DNA from: the human T2T-CHM13v2.0 reference genome, Homo sapiens
NCBI RefSeq assembly: GCF_009914755.1
Contig: NC_060925.1
DNA length: 64,000 nt
Direction: 5' to 3' (one strand)
Shown here: positions 1-15,635 of the stretch, in pieces
How positions within the stretch are numbered: the stretch's first letter is position 1
Layout of the letters: each line of letters opens with the position of its first letter
Notes under the pieces: generated by a model
What the model was told of the DNA's origin: nothing
Databases searched by the model: none
What the model saw: only the letters and a program-made list of their open reading frames with translations
Position numbers and translations under genes: made by a program

Positions 1-51
1 TTGTGCTTTATATCCCATAGAAATAAATGAGTATTAAAGATCTATTCACTT

Positions 52-674
<623 letters not shown>

Positions 675-699
675 TCTACCATTTAAAAACTAGTAATTT

Positions 700-985
700 G
701 GCCAGATGCAGTGGCTCATACCTATAACCCCAAGACTTTGGGAGATGGAGGCAGGAGGATCACTTGAGGCCAGGAGTTCAAGACCAGCCTGAATAACATA
801 GCAAGACCCCATCTCTACAAAAAAATTGTTAATAGGCCAGGTGTAAGCACACCTGTAGTCCTAGCTACTCAAGAGGCTGAGGCAGGAGAAGCAATTGAGC
901 CCAGGAGTTCGAGGATGTGGTTAACTATGATCACGCCACTACCCTCCAGTCTGAGCGACAGAGTGAGACTCTCTGTTTTTTTTTA
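700..985 (+). mobile_element. AluJ
   Basis: ggaggatcacttgaggccaggagttc, catagcaagacccc; TSD-like ctagtaat on both sides. Confidence 0.85.
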
Positions 986-1147
986 AGCTAGTAATCCATT
1001 GAAGATATCCTTTACAACATTCTCCACAGATCCTAAGCTTTTAAGATACAACTAAGCACACAGGATCTCTGCAAGTGGGTGAGGATAATGGTTTTTCATC
1101 ACTAACAAAGGATGTTATTGTAGTAGTTTATATCAAGAAAGTAAAAG

Positions 1148-1310
1148 ACCAGGTGCAGTGGCTTAGGCCTATAATCCCAGCACTTTGGGAAGCCAAGGCA
1201 GGAGGATGACTTGAGCCTGGGAGGTCAAGGCTGCAGTGAGCTGTGATCATACCACTGACAGCCTGGATGACAGAGCAATACCCTGTCTCAAAAGAAAAAA
1301 AAAAAAAATC
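1148..1310 (+). mobile_element. Alu monomer (left-arm 5' end joined to right-arm 3' end; FAM/FRAM-like)
   Basis: cccagcactttgggaagccaagg...cttgagcctgggaggtcaaggctgcagtgag...poly-A. Confidence 0.8.
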
Positions 1311-1377
1311 AGGAAACAAAACAAAGGAAAGAAAAAACTCAACCCCCATCTGGGAATCTAATCACAGTACTCTGCTG

Positions 1378-1548
1378 GTTTTTTTGGTTTTGTTTTTTGT
1401 TTTTTAAGAGACAGTCTTGCTCTGTCACCCAGGCTGTAATATAATGGCATGTAGTTCACTGCAGCCTTAAACTCCTGGCCTCAAGTGATCCTCCCACCTG
1501 AGACTCTCAAAGTGCTGGGATTACAGGTGTGAGCCACCTTGCCCAGCC
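1378..1548 (-). mobile_element. Alu monomer (left/right chimera)
   Basis: Poly-T, gagacagtcttgctctgtcacccaggctg...caaagtgctgggattacaggtgtgagccac. Confidence 0.8.
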
Positions 1549-2036
1549 CAGCACCCTACTTCTGATTCTTCAGTTTAAGTAACCCTAAAGAACAGACAAT
1601 ATTTAACAAATACTCATTTAGAGAAAAAGCTGTTTGGAGAAGGCAGCTAACTCAGCTTCAAATCCATCACCAAAACGAAAGGAAACCACTGAGAAGGTCA
1701 AAGACAGTCTCCTTACCAAATAGACATCCACTGGACCTGGCAGGATGCAAAGGCACAGCCCCCACTCAAGCAAAAGGGTGCCTCACATGGAGCTGTCTTG
1801 CTCTGGGTGCCACGGAAATCTTCCAAACCATGTGTGGCCTTTATAGATCCTTCATAATACACTTAGCTTTCAGAGACAGCATACCTTTCTCACATGTCAC
1901 AAAGGTTTTCAGATTCACTGAAACACTACCAGCCTCCACAAATACATAGTTCTTGCCCAAGCACTTTAAGAACCATTCTGTAAATAAGTCCTTAGCAATC
2001 TCCCTTCACATATTCTTCCAGACTCAAGAAGGGAGG

Positions 2037-2405
2037 TGTATTAGTCCATTCTCACGCTGCTATAAAGAACTGCCTCAGACTGGGTTATTTATAAAGGACA
2101 GAGGTTTAATTGATCCACAATTCCACAGGGCTGGGGAGGCCTTAGGAAGCTTACAATTATGGTGGAAAGAGAAACAAACACATCCTTCTCATATGACAGT
2201 AAGAGAGAGAAGGGCTGAGCAAAGGTGGAAAGGCCCCTTATAAAACCATCAGATCCTGTGAGAACTCACTCACTATCATAAGAACATGATGGCGGAAACT
2301 GCCCCCATGATTCATTTATCTCCACCTAGTCCCGACCTTGACACGTGGGGATTATTACAATTCAAGGTGACATTTGGGTGAGGACACACAGCCAAATCAT
2401 TATCA
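2037..2405 (-). mobile_element. MaLR solo LTR (THE1D/MST-like)
   Basis: tgtattagtccattctcacgctgctataaag...cagccaaatcattatca; perfect 5-bp TSD GGAGG (2032-2036 / 2406-2410). Confidence 0.9.
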
Positions 2406-2428
2406 GGAGGACTTCCTATAATCATAGT

Positions 2429-2563
2429 TCACCACGCCCAGCTAATTTGTAAAAATTTCACTACAATCATAGAGCACTGCAACCTTGACCTCCTGTGCTC
2501 AAGAGATCCTCCCACTTCAGTCTCACAAGTAGCCGAGACTAAAAGCACACGCCACTGTGCCCA
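2429..2563 (-). mobile_element. Rearranged AluJ fragments
   Basis: ccaccacgcccagctaattt followed by a right-arm piece cactgcaaccttgacctcctgtgctcaag. Confidence 0.6.
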
Positions 2564-2993
2564 GATCCAAGACTGTTTGTGGTTTGTTGGTTTATTTCTA
2601 TTTTTAGGGAGATACTCAGCAGAAACAGGGTGCCACAGTCCCATAAATGGGAAAAATAGCCGGTGTTTTTCATGTTAAAGAGGTTTCCTTAACTGTCGGG
2701 CTTCTTGGAGTCACTAATTCTGACTCTCTCATGAGGGAGACTGTACAGGCAGCATTTTCCACACATATTTGACTACTATTTTTGGTGAAATGTCCCCACT
2801 GACACCAGAATAACGTTCCATATTATAAATGCTGAGAAAGGTTAGCATTCAATACTGCACAAGGCAGCTTGCCTTTTGACAGTGATCCAAACTGTATTAC
2901 CACATTAAATTGTTATCAAGAGAAAGGATAATAAAAAAGTAAATCTTTCCTTATACTGAAGTTATCATAATGTAATCTATATCTAAAAGAGTT

Positions 2994-3315
<322 letters not shown>

Positions 3316-3596
3316 TTAGATGTGCGTACGCCCTAAACAAGCAATCTGTGGTAACTCTGAGAGATTCTTCAGTCACTAAGAAATTCTTACTGCCCAATAG
3401 CTGAGTCTACATCAAAGATAAATACAGACAGTACTGTAACCTACACACATCATTTAATCGTTACAGCAGATTTCTAACTGCTCTAAAACCTCCACTCTGA
3501 TCAATTTATATCACACAAATACCTTCTCAGTTAATCTCCAACCAAGAAATTGTAGCTGTGAATGCAAATTTGTCTGTATTAAGTTCTAGCACTGAC

Positions 3597-3903
3597 TTTT
3601 TTTTTTTTTGCGGGGGGGAGGGGTGGAGACAGGGTTTTGCTCTGCTGCACAGGCTGCAGTGCTATGATGTGAACGGGGCTTACTGCAGCCTTGCCCTCCT
3701 GAGCTCAAGGCATTCTTCTACCTCAGCCTCCTGAGTAGCTGGGACTGCAGTCTCATCACACTCCCAGCTAATTTTTTACTGTTTTGCAGAGATACGGTCT
3801 CACTATGTTGCCCAGGCTGGTCTCCACACTACTCAAGCAATCCTCCCGCCACCTCAGCCTCTCAAAGTGCTGGGATTACAGTCATGAGCCACCGTGCCCA
3901 GCC
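3597..3903 (-). mobile_element. AluJ
   Basis: Antisense dimer; ctcaagcaatcctccc; TSD-like cactgac. Confidence 0.85.
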
Positions 3904-4190
3904 CCACTGACATCTTTTGAAATTTAAAAAACTCCTGTGTGGGAGAATGAAAATCTGGAACTTGACGTGAAGTTCATAACAGTAACAGCATTCCTCAGTA
4001 AAATGATTGTTCCAGATTATGGACATAACACAGTGAAGTATTTTAATCTCCTTCTCAGAAAAACATAAAAATGGGCAGCTTTAATCTGCTAATTACATCT
4101 CATACAAAATTCATGTCACTCTTCAACAGTAAAAGTAACTCAAACAAAATGATTTCACCTAGGTTTTACTGGCTTCTGTAAGAAAGGATC

Positions 4191-4493
4191 TTGTTTTGTT
4201 TTTTTTTGTTTTTTTTTTTGAGACAGGGTCTTGCTCTGTTGCCCAGGCTAGAAAGCAGTGGTGCAATCATGCTTCACTACAGCCTCGACCTCCCAGACTC
4301 AAGTGATGCTCCTGCCTCAGCCTCCTGAATAGCTGGGACTACAGGTGTGTGCCACCAGGCCCAGCTAATTTGTAAAAATTTTTTGTAAAGATGGGGGTCT
4401 CACTACGTTGCCCAGGCTGGTCTTGAACTCCTGAGCTCAAGCAATCCTTCTGTCTCCGCCTCCCAAAGTGCTGGGATTACACTGTGCCCAGCC
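4191..4493 (-). mobile_element. AluJ
   Basis: Antisense dimer with T-rich tail. Confidence 0.85.
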
Positions 4494-4748
4494 TAAAAAA
4501 GGTGTCTTAATACACACAATACATCAAATGAAAAGGAAAGGCTTTGCTAGTGTTCAACAGGTTTTGACTCACTTGTTTCCCTGATCTCATCTAAAAGTTG
4601 AGTCTGTCTTTTTTTGAGCAATGCTATAAGCCACAATATACTGGTGTGACCATAATACATTTTCTGGAAAACCAAGCAGGTTAGATGACTACTTCTATTA
4701 TTGTTGATTAGAGAGCCTGAAGCTCAAATTTTTGGAAAAGGAAGTTAG

Positions 4749-5073
<325 letters not shown>

Positions 5074-5493
5074 TAAAGGCCATTTTTAAAAAGTACCTCT
5101 CTAGAGTCTGGTCGATCCTGTCCCAAGGTAAAATTTCCTGTTTCCAAGAATCTTAAGGTTTACTTGTCTCCACCAAGCAGTCAATTCTGCAGGGTCACCA
5201 CAGTCTCATTTATGATTGAAGATTAAAAAGCAAGCATGAATTCAAAAGACAAAAAAATACTAAGCAGATGGTCCAGTTAGAGAACAAGCAGCACAGGAAA
5301 ATAAGAAAAGAACTCATGAATGCATAAACCAGGACACAAGAGCAAATTAAGGCAGACACAAGCAAGAAGTGGGTGAACCTAACTGACCAAAAGTGGGTCA
5401 CATGTTTACCAAATTAAGTTTCCTACTCTTCTAGATTCCAAGCCTTCCTTAAAGTGTACAAAGCGTATTTATTTCACCATAATGCCAAGATCA

Positions 5494-6009
<516 letters not shown>

Positions 6010-6398
6010 CTAGGAGAGAAAAAAGAATGGTTTTAACGCTTTTTCATATTTCTTTCCTAAAATAATGTTTTGTTAAATGAATCTCTTACTTATTCATGCT
6101 TTACACCTAAAAACTTCGCACAAGCCACAGGAGAAAAATTAAGTGTTAAAATTTAAAAACTACAGTTTTTGGTCTCAGCAAATGGTTTGGGGTTTTTTAT
6201 GACACCAATAATAAAAACTGTCTGAATGCCTAAGAGTAAACTACACTTCCTCCACCTTACATGTTTTCTCCTTTTTAAAGAAAAAGCAAACCAATACCCT
6301 GGTAGACAACATATAATGGGTATTATTATACAAAAGGAGCTTCATAACTCATAATATTAATTTAAAGAGGAAAGAATCTGTAGTAAAAATTATTTCCA

Positions 6399-6532
6399 GG
6401 CCAGGCACTGCGGCTCATGCCTTGTAATCCCAGCATTTTGAGAGGCCAAGCCAGAAGGACCACTTGAAGCCAGGAGTTCAAGACCAACCCTGGCAACAAA
6501 GCGAGATCCCATCTCCAACATAAAATAAAATA
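6399..6532 (+). mobile_element. FLAM / Alu left monomer
   Basis: ggccaggcactgcggctcatgcc...ccccatctc plus A-rich tail. Confidence 0.8.
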
Positions 6533-6588
6533 TTTCTACCTGAAAAAATAGTAATAGTTTGCAGCACTGTCAAAAATGTCTCAGGATA

Positions 6589-6909
6589 GGCCGGGCGCGG
6601 TGGCTCACGCCTGTAATCCCAGCGCTTTGGGAGGCCGAGGAAGATGGATCACGGGGTCAGGAGATCAAGATCATCCTTGCTAATGTGGTAAAACCCTGTC
6701 TCTACTAAAAAATACAACAAAAATTAGCTGGGTGTGGTGGCGGGCGCCTGTAGTCCCGGCTACTCAGGAGTCTGAGGCAGGAGAATGGCGTGAACCCAGG
6801 AGACGGAGCTTGTAGTGAGCCGAGATTGTGCCACTGCACTTCAGCCTGGGCGACAGAGCGAGAGACTCCGTCTCAAAAAAAAAAAAAAAAAAGAAGAAAA
6901 GAAAAAAAA
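6589..6909 (+). mobile_element. AluY
   Basis: gaatggcgtgaaccc...ggagctt; TSD gtctcaggata (6578-6588 / 6910-6920). Confidence 0.9.
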
Positions 6910-7118
6910 GTCTCAGGATATCGCATAGAGCACTATATTCTAAAGATATTTTCTGGCTACTTCTACAAACTCCCAGAACTTCCTTCAAGAATAAAAATAA
7001 TATTTAACTCAAACGAAAGTGAGAGCTTCAGAGCAAGATTTTTCCACCTTCAGTTACATTTTACACATCTTTTCATCCTACCATTTTCAGTTATGTTCCA
7101 AGGAAAATGATCTCTCTA

Positions 7119-7499
<381 letters not shown>

Positions 7500-7767
7500 T
7501 TACAGTCTTCCAGATTTCTACTATAAATGGTATCCCTAATAAAGTACTCCCCAAAAAGAAACCCAACAAGAAAAGTCTTGAGGTTTTTAAGCGTCTGCAA
7601 TGGGAAAAGTGAATCCCAAACTCCAAGCTAACACAGTTCTTACAGATATTTTATAGCAGGAAAAAATTTTGTCTTTCTAAGTCAGTTTTGGAATAGACCT
7701 AACAATAAATTTATAAATAAATAATTTATCTTTTGTTTTTCTTATGATCTTCCCCAATACCCTATCT

Positions 7768-7860
7768 CACTTATTCAACAAATCTTTACTAAATACTATG
7801 TGCCAAGTGTTAGAACTAAAACCACAATGGAGGAGAAAACTCATGGTCCTTGTTCTCAAT
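7768..7860 (-). mobile_element. L2 3'-end fragment
   Basis: attcaacaaatctttactaaatactatgtgccaag resembles the reverse complement of the L2 tail. Confidence 0.55.
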
Positions 7861-8042
7861 GCTCAAATGCAACAAAAGGAGGCAACCGATCAATCTAAGA
7901 AGCTTCTGTTTCTCATGCAACTAGGGTGAGAAAGGAAACAGTGCATATAAACAAACAAAAGATTGGTCCTCTTTACTTGACAACCACAAACAAATCAGTT
8001 TGCAGTTACATGCTTCAGATGCAGAGAAAATTCTTTTTGGTC

Positions 8043-8460
<418 letters not shown>

Positions 8461-8801
8461 TCAAATATCCTTAGACATTCAGCAAAATAGAAAGTATTTA
8501 GTCTTTGGAAGATAGGTGATGAAGGAGCAATCATGCATCATAAGCTACATTAGAAGAAGGAACGCATGTAGCACAAAACTAGATTACTTCCTTCTATGTA
8601 AGAAACATGCTGTTTCAAACAGGATTTCCATTTTCTAAACATATTTCAAGAAAAGGAAAAATTATCACTGCCTACAAAAGTTTTGCCCAGATGAACCGTC
8701 TGCTAAACAGATAGTCATAAACTCCCAAGTCCTGGTAGGCTACTAGTGCTAGCAACTGAAAATACAGAGACCTACTACTTCCTCGACAAGTCTTAAGTTT
8801 A

Positions 8802-9152
<351 letters not shown>

Positions 9153-9557
9153 CTAACACCATTGTTAAAATGTTCCTCTTTGACCCTGAAAACTCATCAG
9201 TGTCTACTAGGAGTCCAAAAAGAATGAAAAGCTTGGGCTGAAAACCTCTCCACTGCAACTGCAGTTTCAGACAGAAACACTTCTGATAACTTTAAGAAAA
9301 AAAATCATTCTCCCTGGGGTTAACAAGATAACTGCTCCAGAAAACTGTGTAGAAAACATTTTTTCAGCACTCAAAGAGAAAAAATAGTAAGTCCAAATTG
9401 TACATTCAACACTACTCACTACAAAATCATACACTGTTTCTATTTACAAAGAAAATAGAGTTGTTTCTGCCAAAAGTGAGCAAGAAAGTTAAAAATTCAA
9501 GAAACAATAAAGATGTCTATAAAACAAAATCCAGTATATGTGTATATTTATAAAATC

Positions 9558-9710
9558 AATGTTCTGATTTATCTGAAAGTTGGCTCTATTTATATATTAC
9601 ATAATCTGCATGTTATATTAATATATTAAATTATATGAATAATTAATACCATATCATTTATATATTAATGACATATTTATATAACCAACTTTCAGATAAG
9701 TATGAACATT
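9558..9710. repeat. AT-rich inverted repeat (fold-back)
   Basis: ttatctgaaagttgg (9569-9583) is the exact reverse complement of ccaactttcagataa (9685-9699); arms extend to 26 bp with 3 mismatches. Confidence 0.85.
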
Positions 9711-9967
9711 AATAATCTAAGCAAAAGTCAATCCAATTACCATTTACATTTGGCTCTAAAATACAGCTCAATGGGAATATATTTTTTTCCTCTATGTTTA
9801 GCATATGAATTATAATTCTTCTGCGCCTTAGTGTACAGTGATCAACACATACCAATGATGTGACAGATAAAGAAAGGGACCCAGAGAGGAACCAGATGGC
9901 ACTGAGAAGGAGAGTTGTCACTTCAATTTGCTAGAAATGATCTACAAAGTAGACGATACAACAACAG

Positions 9968-10160
9968 CATCTTTATTATAGCACCATGAGGTTTACAGAG
10001 CAAGTCCCTCATTTGATTCTTCCAACTCATGAAGTGAACTGGACAGAAGTTGTCATCCTCGCTTTACAGTCTACAGAACTCAGAAGAGATCATCTGCACA
10101 AGGCCACGCAGCCAATGGGCACGAAGTAGGATTCCAGTGCAGCTGTCTCAGAGCTCAACC
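9968..10160 (-). mobile_element. MIR
   Basis: ctcatttgattctt...ctttacag...cacaaggccacgcagc resembles the reverse-complement MIR core. Confidence 0.55.
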
Positions 10161-10459
10161 CTATCTGGCTTGCACAGGAACTCCTGCTGCCTGTGCTGCC
10201 AGGATCTCCAGCTCTTCACAGGCACCAACTTCTCCTACATTCATCCATGCTGATGATTCACGCAGACAGATTTAAGAAACACACTCACTCTGCCCCCAAA
10301 GCTATTTTTCTCCAGTCGGAAAGCCAAAAACATTGAAAATATCTGTGTCAATCACTACCCAACCCAGTGAAACAGGAAACACATTATAACATGCTTTAAA
10401 TAAGAAAAGGAAGAAAATCTAATGTAGAATACATTTCAGATTTACAACAAGCTTCAGCT

Positions 10460-11450
10460 ACTCAGTGAACAAATGTCAAGTGAATGCCTATTATGTGCTA
10501 TTTACAGCTCCAGGTGTTGGTAAACAGCAGAAAACTCAACATAAAACCCCTGCCCTTATCTTGAGCTTATGTGCTCAGCAGTGGAGAGAGACCACCAACA
10601 AAAGGCACCATACCTAATGAGAAGATCTTACATGGGAAATCTAAGGGGGACAGACAGTGTTGCAGGACTGCAATTTTAAACAAGATGTTCAGGGAAGGCC
10701 TCTCTGAGGGGGCTTTGACCCTGAGTAGGAGCATTAGAGAGAAAGCCAAGGACACATGAAGGGAGGTGATTCCTGAAGAGGGGAAAAAGTGCAAGGTCCA
10801 GAAGCAGGAATGAGCCAGGCCCACTCAAGACACAGGAGACCAGAGGGGCAGGAATAGCACAAAAAGGGGGAGAGAGGTCAGAGATGAGTTCAGAGGTTGA
10901 AGGGGCAGGGGAAGGAGGACCTGGATCCTGGCAGGCCTCATGGGCCAGGGAAAGGACTCTGGCTTTTACTCAAGTGAAATGAAGTTACTCGAATGACACT
11001 TTAGCAGGGATGTGAGTAGCAAAGAAAGGCATGATCTGACTTCTGTTTACCGGAGATCACTCTGGCCGCTGATAAAACCTCAAGGAGCGCAGTGGGGCAC
11101 GATCACCCCGGGAAGACAAGCAGCAGCTGGGAAGGGCTGGGGTAGTAGCAACAGAGAATGGGGAAAGTCTCATGTTTGTATGTTTTAAAGGTAAGAGTCA
11201 AATAAATAGGATGTGCTGATAAACTTGAGAGGTGAGAGAGAGAGGGAAAAAAGAAAAAGGACATCTGGCCTGGATGGATGAAGCTGCTGTTTGAGTTTCA
11301 TGGGGAGACCAGGAATTTGGCTTTGAATGTGTTAAGCTTGATCAAGAAGCCTAGAAAATCACAGAGTCGAAGTTGGCAGAGGTCCAGGCTGGAGATAATA
11401 ATTTAGTTTTTAAAGCCATGAGACTGAATGAGATCACCCAGGAAGTGAGT
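10460..11450 (-). mobile_element. L2a
   Basis: gaatgcctattatgtgc...cccctgccctt...agggaaggcctctctgagg...ttaaagccatgagactgaatgagatcaccc. Confidence 0.75.
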
Positions 11451-11961
11451 ACAACTTTTTGACAAAACTTTTAAAACTCATGAGAACATTTATTGCTCAC
11501 GCTTGAGTGCAGAGGATATTCAAAATAGACTTATGAGTTACACATTTCCAAAGGCAGTACCCTTAGGACTCCTTTTAAGTATATTCCTCTCAATCATTTC
11601 CTGATTAGAAGATTATACATCATCATTTCATCTTAAGTAAGAATATGTGGGCAGTTGCCAAAGCTCAAAAAATGGCAGCTTCACCTATTTAGCTGAAGGC
11701 CAGATTCCTCACAGTTTTTTGATCCTATTAGATTCCCCACTTAATCTAGGGGAAAGAATCAAAGCTTTCAGCAGAGCCAATATACAGAATTACTCTTCAT
11801 TTTAGGTTACTTCAGCCTCTACAAACACCATCTTACCTCTTCAAAATGAAGCCAACACCACCCCCAAACATCTCACACTACTTCTCAAAACCAATTCAGA
11901 CAAAGCACAAAAATTTCAGTCATACTCATGGTCCAAATCTCATTTAAGAGAACCACTTCCT

Positions 11962-12287
11962 GGCTGGATACAGCGGCTCATGCCTATAATCCCAGCACTG
12001 TGGGATAACAAAGTGGGGAAATCATTTGAGGCAAGGAGGCAATCATTTGAGACCAACCTGGGAAACACAGCAAGACCCCATCTTTACAAAAGAAAAATAA
12101 ATTTAAAAATTAGCTATGCGTGGTGGTGCAGACCTGTAGTCCTAGCTACTTGGGAGGCTGAGGTGGGAGGTGGGAGGATTGTTTGAGGCCAAGAGTTCAA
12201 GGCTACAATGGGCTGTGATCACCACCACTGCACTCCAGCCTAGGGAACAGAGTGAGACCCTGTCTCTTAAAAAACAAAAAAAGAAAA
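11962..12287 (+). mobile_element. AluJ
   Basis: Diverged dimer; TSD aaccacttcct. Confidence 0.85.
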
Positions 12288-12334
12288 CCACTTCCTGTCA
12301 GTACTTAAGCTTAAGGAAGGGGCCCAGGACAGAA

Positions 12335-12552
12335 CTGGGGATACTGGACTGAGAAGCCAAGATCCAAGTTCTTAGCACTGCCGCTTGCTGCACTGCCTTG
12401 GGCAAATCACTCTACCTGTCTGAGTCGCAGTTTCATTGCTGTAAAAGGGGACAAGACCTACCTATTTCACAATGCTGCTGTTGAGAATTACACAAGTATA
12501 CTATATGTAAATTGTACTTATAGATTGCAAAGTGCTTTACAAATGTAAAATA
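12335..12552 (+). mobile_element. MIR
   Basis: ccttgggcaaatcactctacctgtctgagtcgcagtttcattgctgtaaaagggg core. Confidence 0.7.
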
Positions 12553-12779
12553 TCAATAATATGTATTTATTTCAGTCATGATTTACATCTACTATGGTAG
12601 ATAATAAGCTATGGAAGATATAAAGGTAGCCAAAACACCCCTATCCTCAAGAAACTTAACTATTTGGGCGGGGGTAAAATCTATCCAGTTCCATGATTAA
12701 GAAACAAATCATGGAGAATTAACTACAAATGAAGAAAAAAATTAAAAATATTTCCTCTTGGGTCATGTAAAATTCACTT

Positions 12780-14990
12780 ATCCATGGAAATCTGCCCCTC
12801 CCTCCTGAGTTCCCAATCCTCAAGCTCTACTCATCTCCATTGCTCAAGCCAGGCTATTTGTTAGGATGTTTGACTTTTGACTAAATACAGTGAGCGAAGT
12901 CCTCCAGTTAATTCTTCCTCACTCAACCACAGTAAGACATACTTATATTTTTCAAATGCCTGACCATACTCTAGGCATTTTTGCTTAGCACTTAGTCTAC
13001 CAGACACATCCTGAACACCTCTGTAATGGACCCACTGCTCCAACTGAATCTTAGCTTACCTACTTCAAGCCATCATCATCCCTCATGCAGATGAATACAA
13101 CTGCTTTCTAACAGATCTTTGTGACTACAAAACATTGTTTGCCTTAGCCTTCCTCCCATCTGTCCTCCAGTGCAGCCAGCCAGCCAGCATATCTGACGTC
13201 CCACCACTTTTTTTCATAATAGCTCAATTCAGATATAATTCACGTTCCATATGAATCACCATTTAAAGCATACAATTCATTTAAAGCATACAATGCCCAC
13301 TATTCCTTTTCAAAGATTATGGGGCTGCCCCTTCACCTCTCCAGCCTCACCTCTCCCCTACTGCTTCCACCTCCACCCCTCCTGCATGCTCCTCCTGCTG
13401 CCTCAAGACACTCCTTCAGTCCCTAGAACCCAACTGCTGGGAATACTGTTCCCCGCCCCTTTGTCTGTGTACCTTCTACTGACCCTCAGAGTCTCCAGTG
13501 TTTCTGCTCTCCAATTCCAGGAGGCCTCCCAGACCTACCCAGAGTCCAGCCTTCTCTTTGCCCCCCAATCCTGCCTGTAAAATGGCCCTCATTGATCCCA
13601 CTAGTGTTATCAGTTGTTAACTTACATCACTTCCCCACTAACTGCAAAGTCCACAAAGGCAAGGACCATGTCTACCATGTCATATTCCGTGAAGCAACTC
13701 CCACTCAAGCAATTTCCTCTCTGCAGCAAATTCAGGAGAGCATTTTCCTCATCATTATTTGATTATTCAGTAGCAGCTGACAGGGGCTGGCCACACACCC
13801 TCCTGGAAGGCCTCTTTTCCTTTCACTTTCTAGACACGATCCTCTCCAGGGCCTATCTAACTGCTCCCTCCACTTCTTATACTAGGCCAACCAGTGTAGA
13901 AGTTCTGTTGGGGCACTCCCTCTTTTCTCATCCTCTACTTTCTACCTGGCCAATCTCATATATAATGCGTTCATCACCAATCAGATACCAGGACACACAG
14001 GAGGATCCACACAAGTACATGTCTACCAGATTTCCCCTTCAGCTTCAGACACATGTGAAAACTGTTCACCTGGGGTCTCTTCTTGGATATCTCAAAGGTA
14101 CCTCAACATGCCCAAACCAAAGGCATACTCTGCGTGCACCACCATGCCTGGCTAATTTTTAAAATTTTTTGTAGAGACAGGGTCTCATTTTGTTGCCCAG
14201 GCTAGTCTTGAACTCCTGGGCTCAAGCAATCCTCCTGTCTCCTCTCTTTAATCCCTACATCCCATCATCAACAAATTATCTCATTGTTACCTTATAAATT
14301 TCTCTCAAACTTATACCTCCAAACACCTCCAACATCACAAATCTTAGTTCAATCTACTAGTATGGCTTTCCTGGACCACTTGAATCAGGTTCTTGATTAG
14401 TCTCTTCAAATCCACTCCTCTGAACTCCTACAATTATTTTACTGTACTGCAGCCAGGGTGTTCCTTTAAAAAGGCTAATGACATTATGTCAATCCCCACT
14501 TTACAATACGTCAGTGACTCTTCACTTTGGTACATTAAAAATCCAAATCCTTATCATGATCTGCAAGGTGCTTATCCTTTTTTCGCTTCATCTCTCAGCA
14601 CTGTCTTTCAGTCTACACCCAGCCACACTATCCCTCCCTCAGTTCCCAGAACACACCACACTCCTTCCTACCCAGAGTCCTTTGCTAAGGTTCTTCCTAC
14701 CCTTTGTAATGCTCTTCGTCTGGCCTAGGTGCCTCCTACCCTTCCTTCAAGTCATAGCTCAACAGCAACGTCCTGAGGATAGCTTTCTTGTTCAAAACAG
14801 GTTAAATTCCCTTCATAGCATTTTCCACAACTGTAACTTTACATTTACTTGTGTGATTTGGTTAGCTTCTATCTCCACCTCCCAGCTAGAAGTTCCTTGA
14901 GGGACTGACCCTTGACTGTTTTTTGCCCTTTGCTGTATTTCCAATTCCTTAACTCACTGCCTGGCACAGAAAGAGGAATAATAAATTATT
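12780..14990 (+). mobile_element. L2 fragments, interrupted by an Alu fragment (14131-14242, -) and a small L1-like piece (about 13208-13295)
   Basis: Pyrimidine-rich L2-type sequence (ttggatatctcaaaggtacctcaacatgcccaaacc; gcagccagggtgttcctttaaaa), ending gcctggcacag...aataaat. Confidence 0.65.
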
Positions 14991-15299
14991 TCTTCTTCCT
15001 TCCCACCCTCTCACACATACGTTGGATCAGTAAAGAGGGCATTATGATGAGACTTGTGTTGGGGAAAGAAAATATTTCATGAATAAATAACTGAAGAGGT
15101 ACTTGATTTGGTTCATAAACCATGAGTAGGATAAGGAGACGCAAAGAGAAGGCGAAAGACAGTCCAGGTGGGAGGAACTTCACTTAAGAGAGTGTTCAGT
15201 TAAATAGCAGCTACAGGGGAAAAAGAGCAGTACAAAGTAAATTTAAGTAGAGCAGGTGGAAGGGATAATGGAATGCCCCCAAAATAATAAAGCAGCCAA

Positions 15300-15635
15300 C
15301 ACTCACTGGGCACTTAATATGCACTAAGCACTTTACACATGTTAACTCATTTAATCTTCACTATAACAAAGGTGACAATGTAATTTATGATCCAAACTGG
15401 ATACATCTGAGAGAGAAAAAAGACACAACAAATAACCATGCAGGAAAAACATATGAAAGCCAGGTCATATATCCTAGCTATACCCTTATTCAGTCAGTAC
15501 TATTGTTATGTATATCTTATCAATGCAAAAGTAAGCACTGAGAGGCTGAGCAAGTTGACCAAACTCACACAACTATGTGTGAGACCTAGGATATGAACCC
15601 AAGCAGCTGACTCCAGAGCCTATATGCTTAACCAC
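15300..15635 (-). mobile_element. MIR interrupted by a hAT-Blackjack MITE
   Basis: aagcactttacacatgttaactcatttaatcttcac ... aagttgaccaaactcacacaac...tgaacccaagcagctgactccagagcc. Confidence 0.75.
15368..15476 (+). mobile_element. MER94/MER81-like hAT-Blackjack element
   Basis: aaggtgacaatgtaatttatgatccaaactggatacatctgagag...atccta; degenerate 8-bp TSD actataac/gctatacc. Confidence 0.55.

Noticed and set aside
13251-14900. 182-, 140-, 111- and 109-aa ORFs
   Set aside because: Lie in decayed, pyrimidine-rich L2 sequence; no coherent protein
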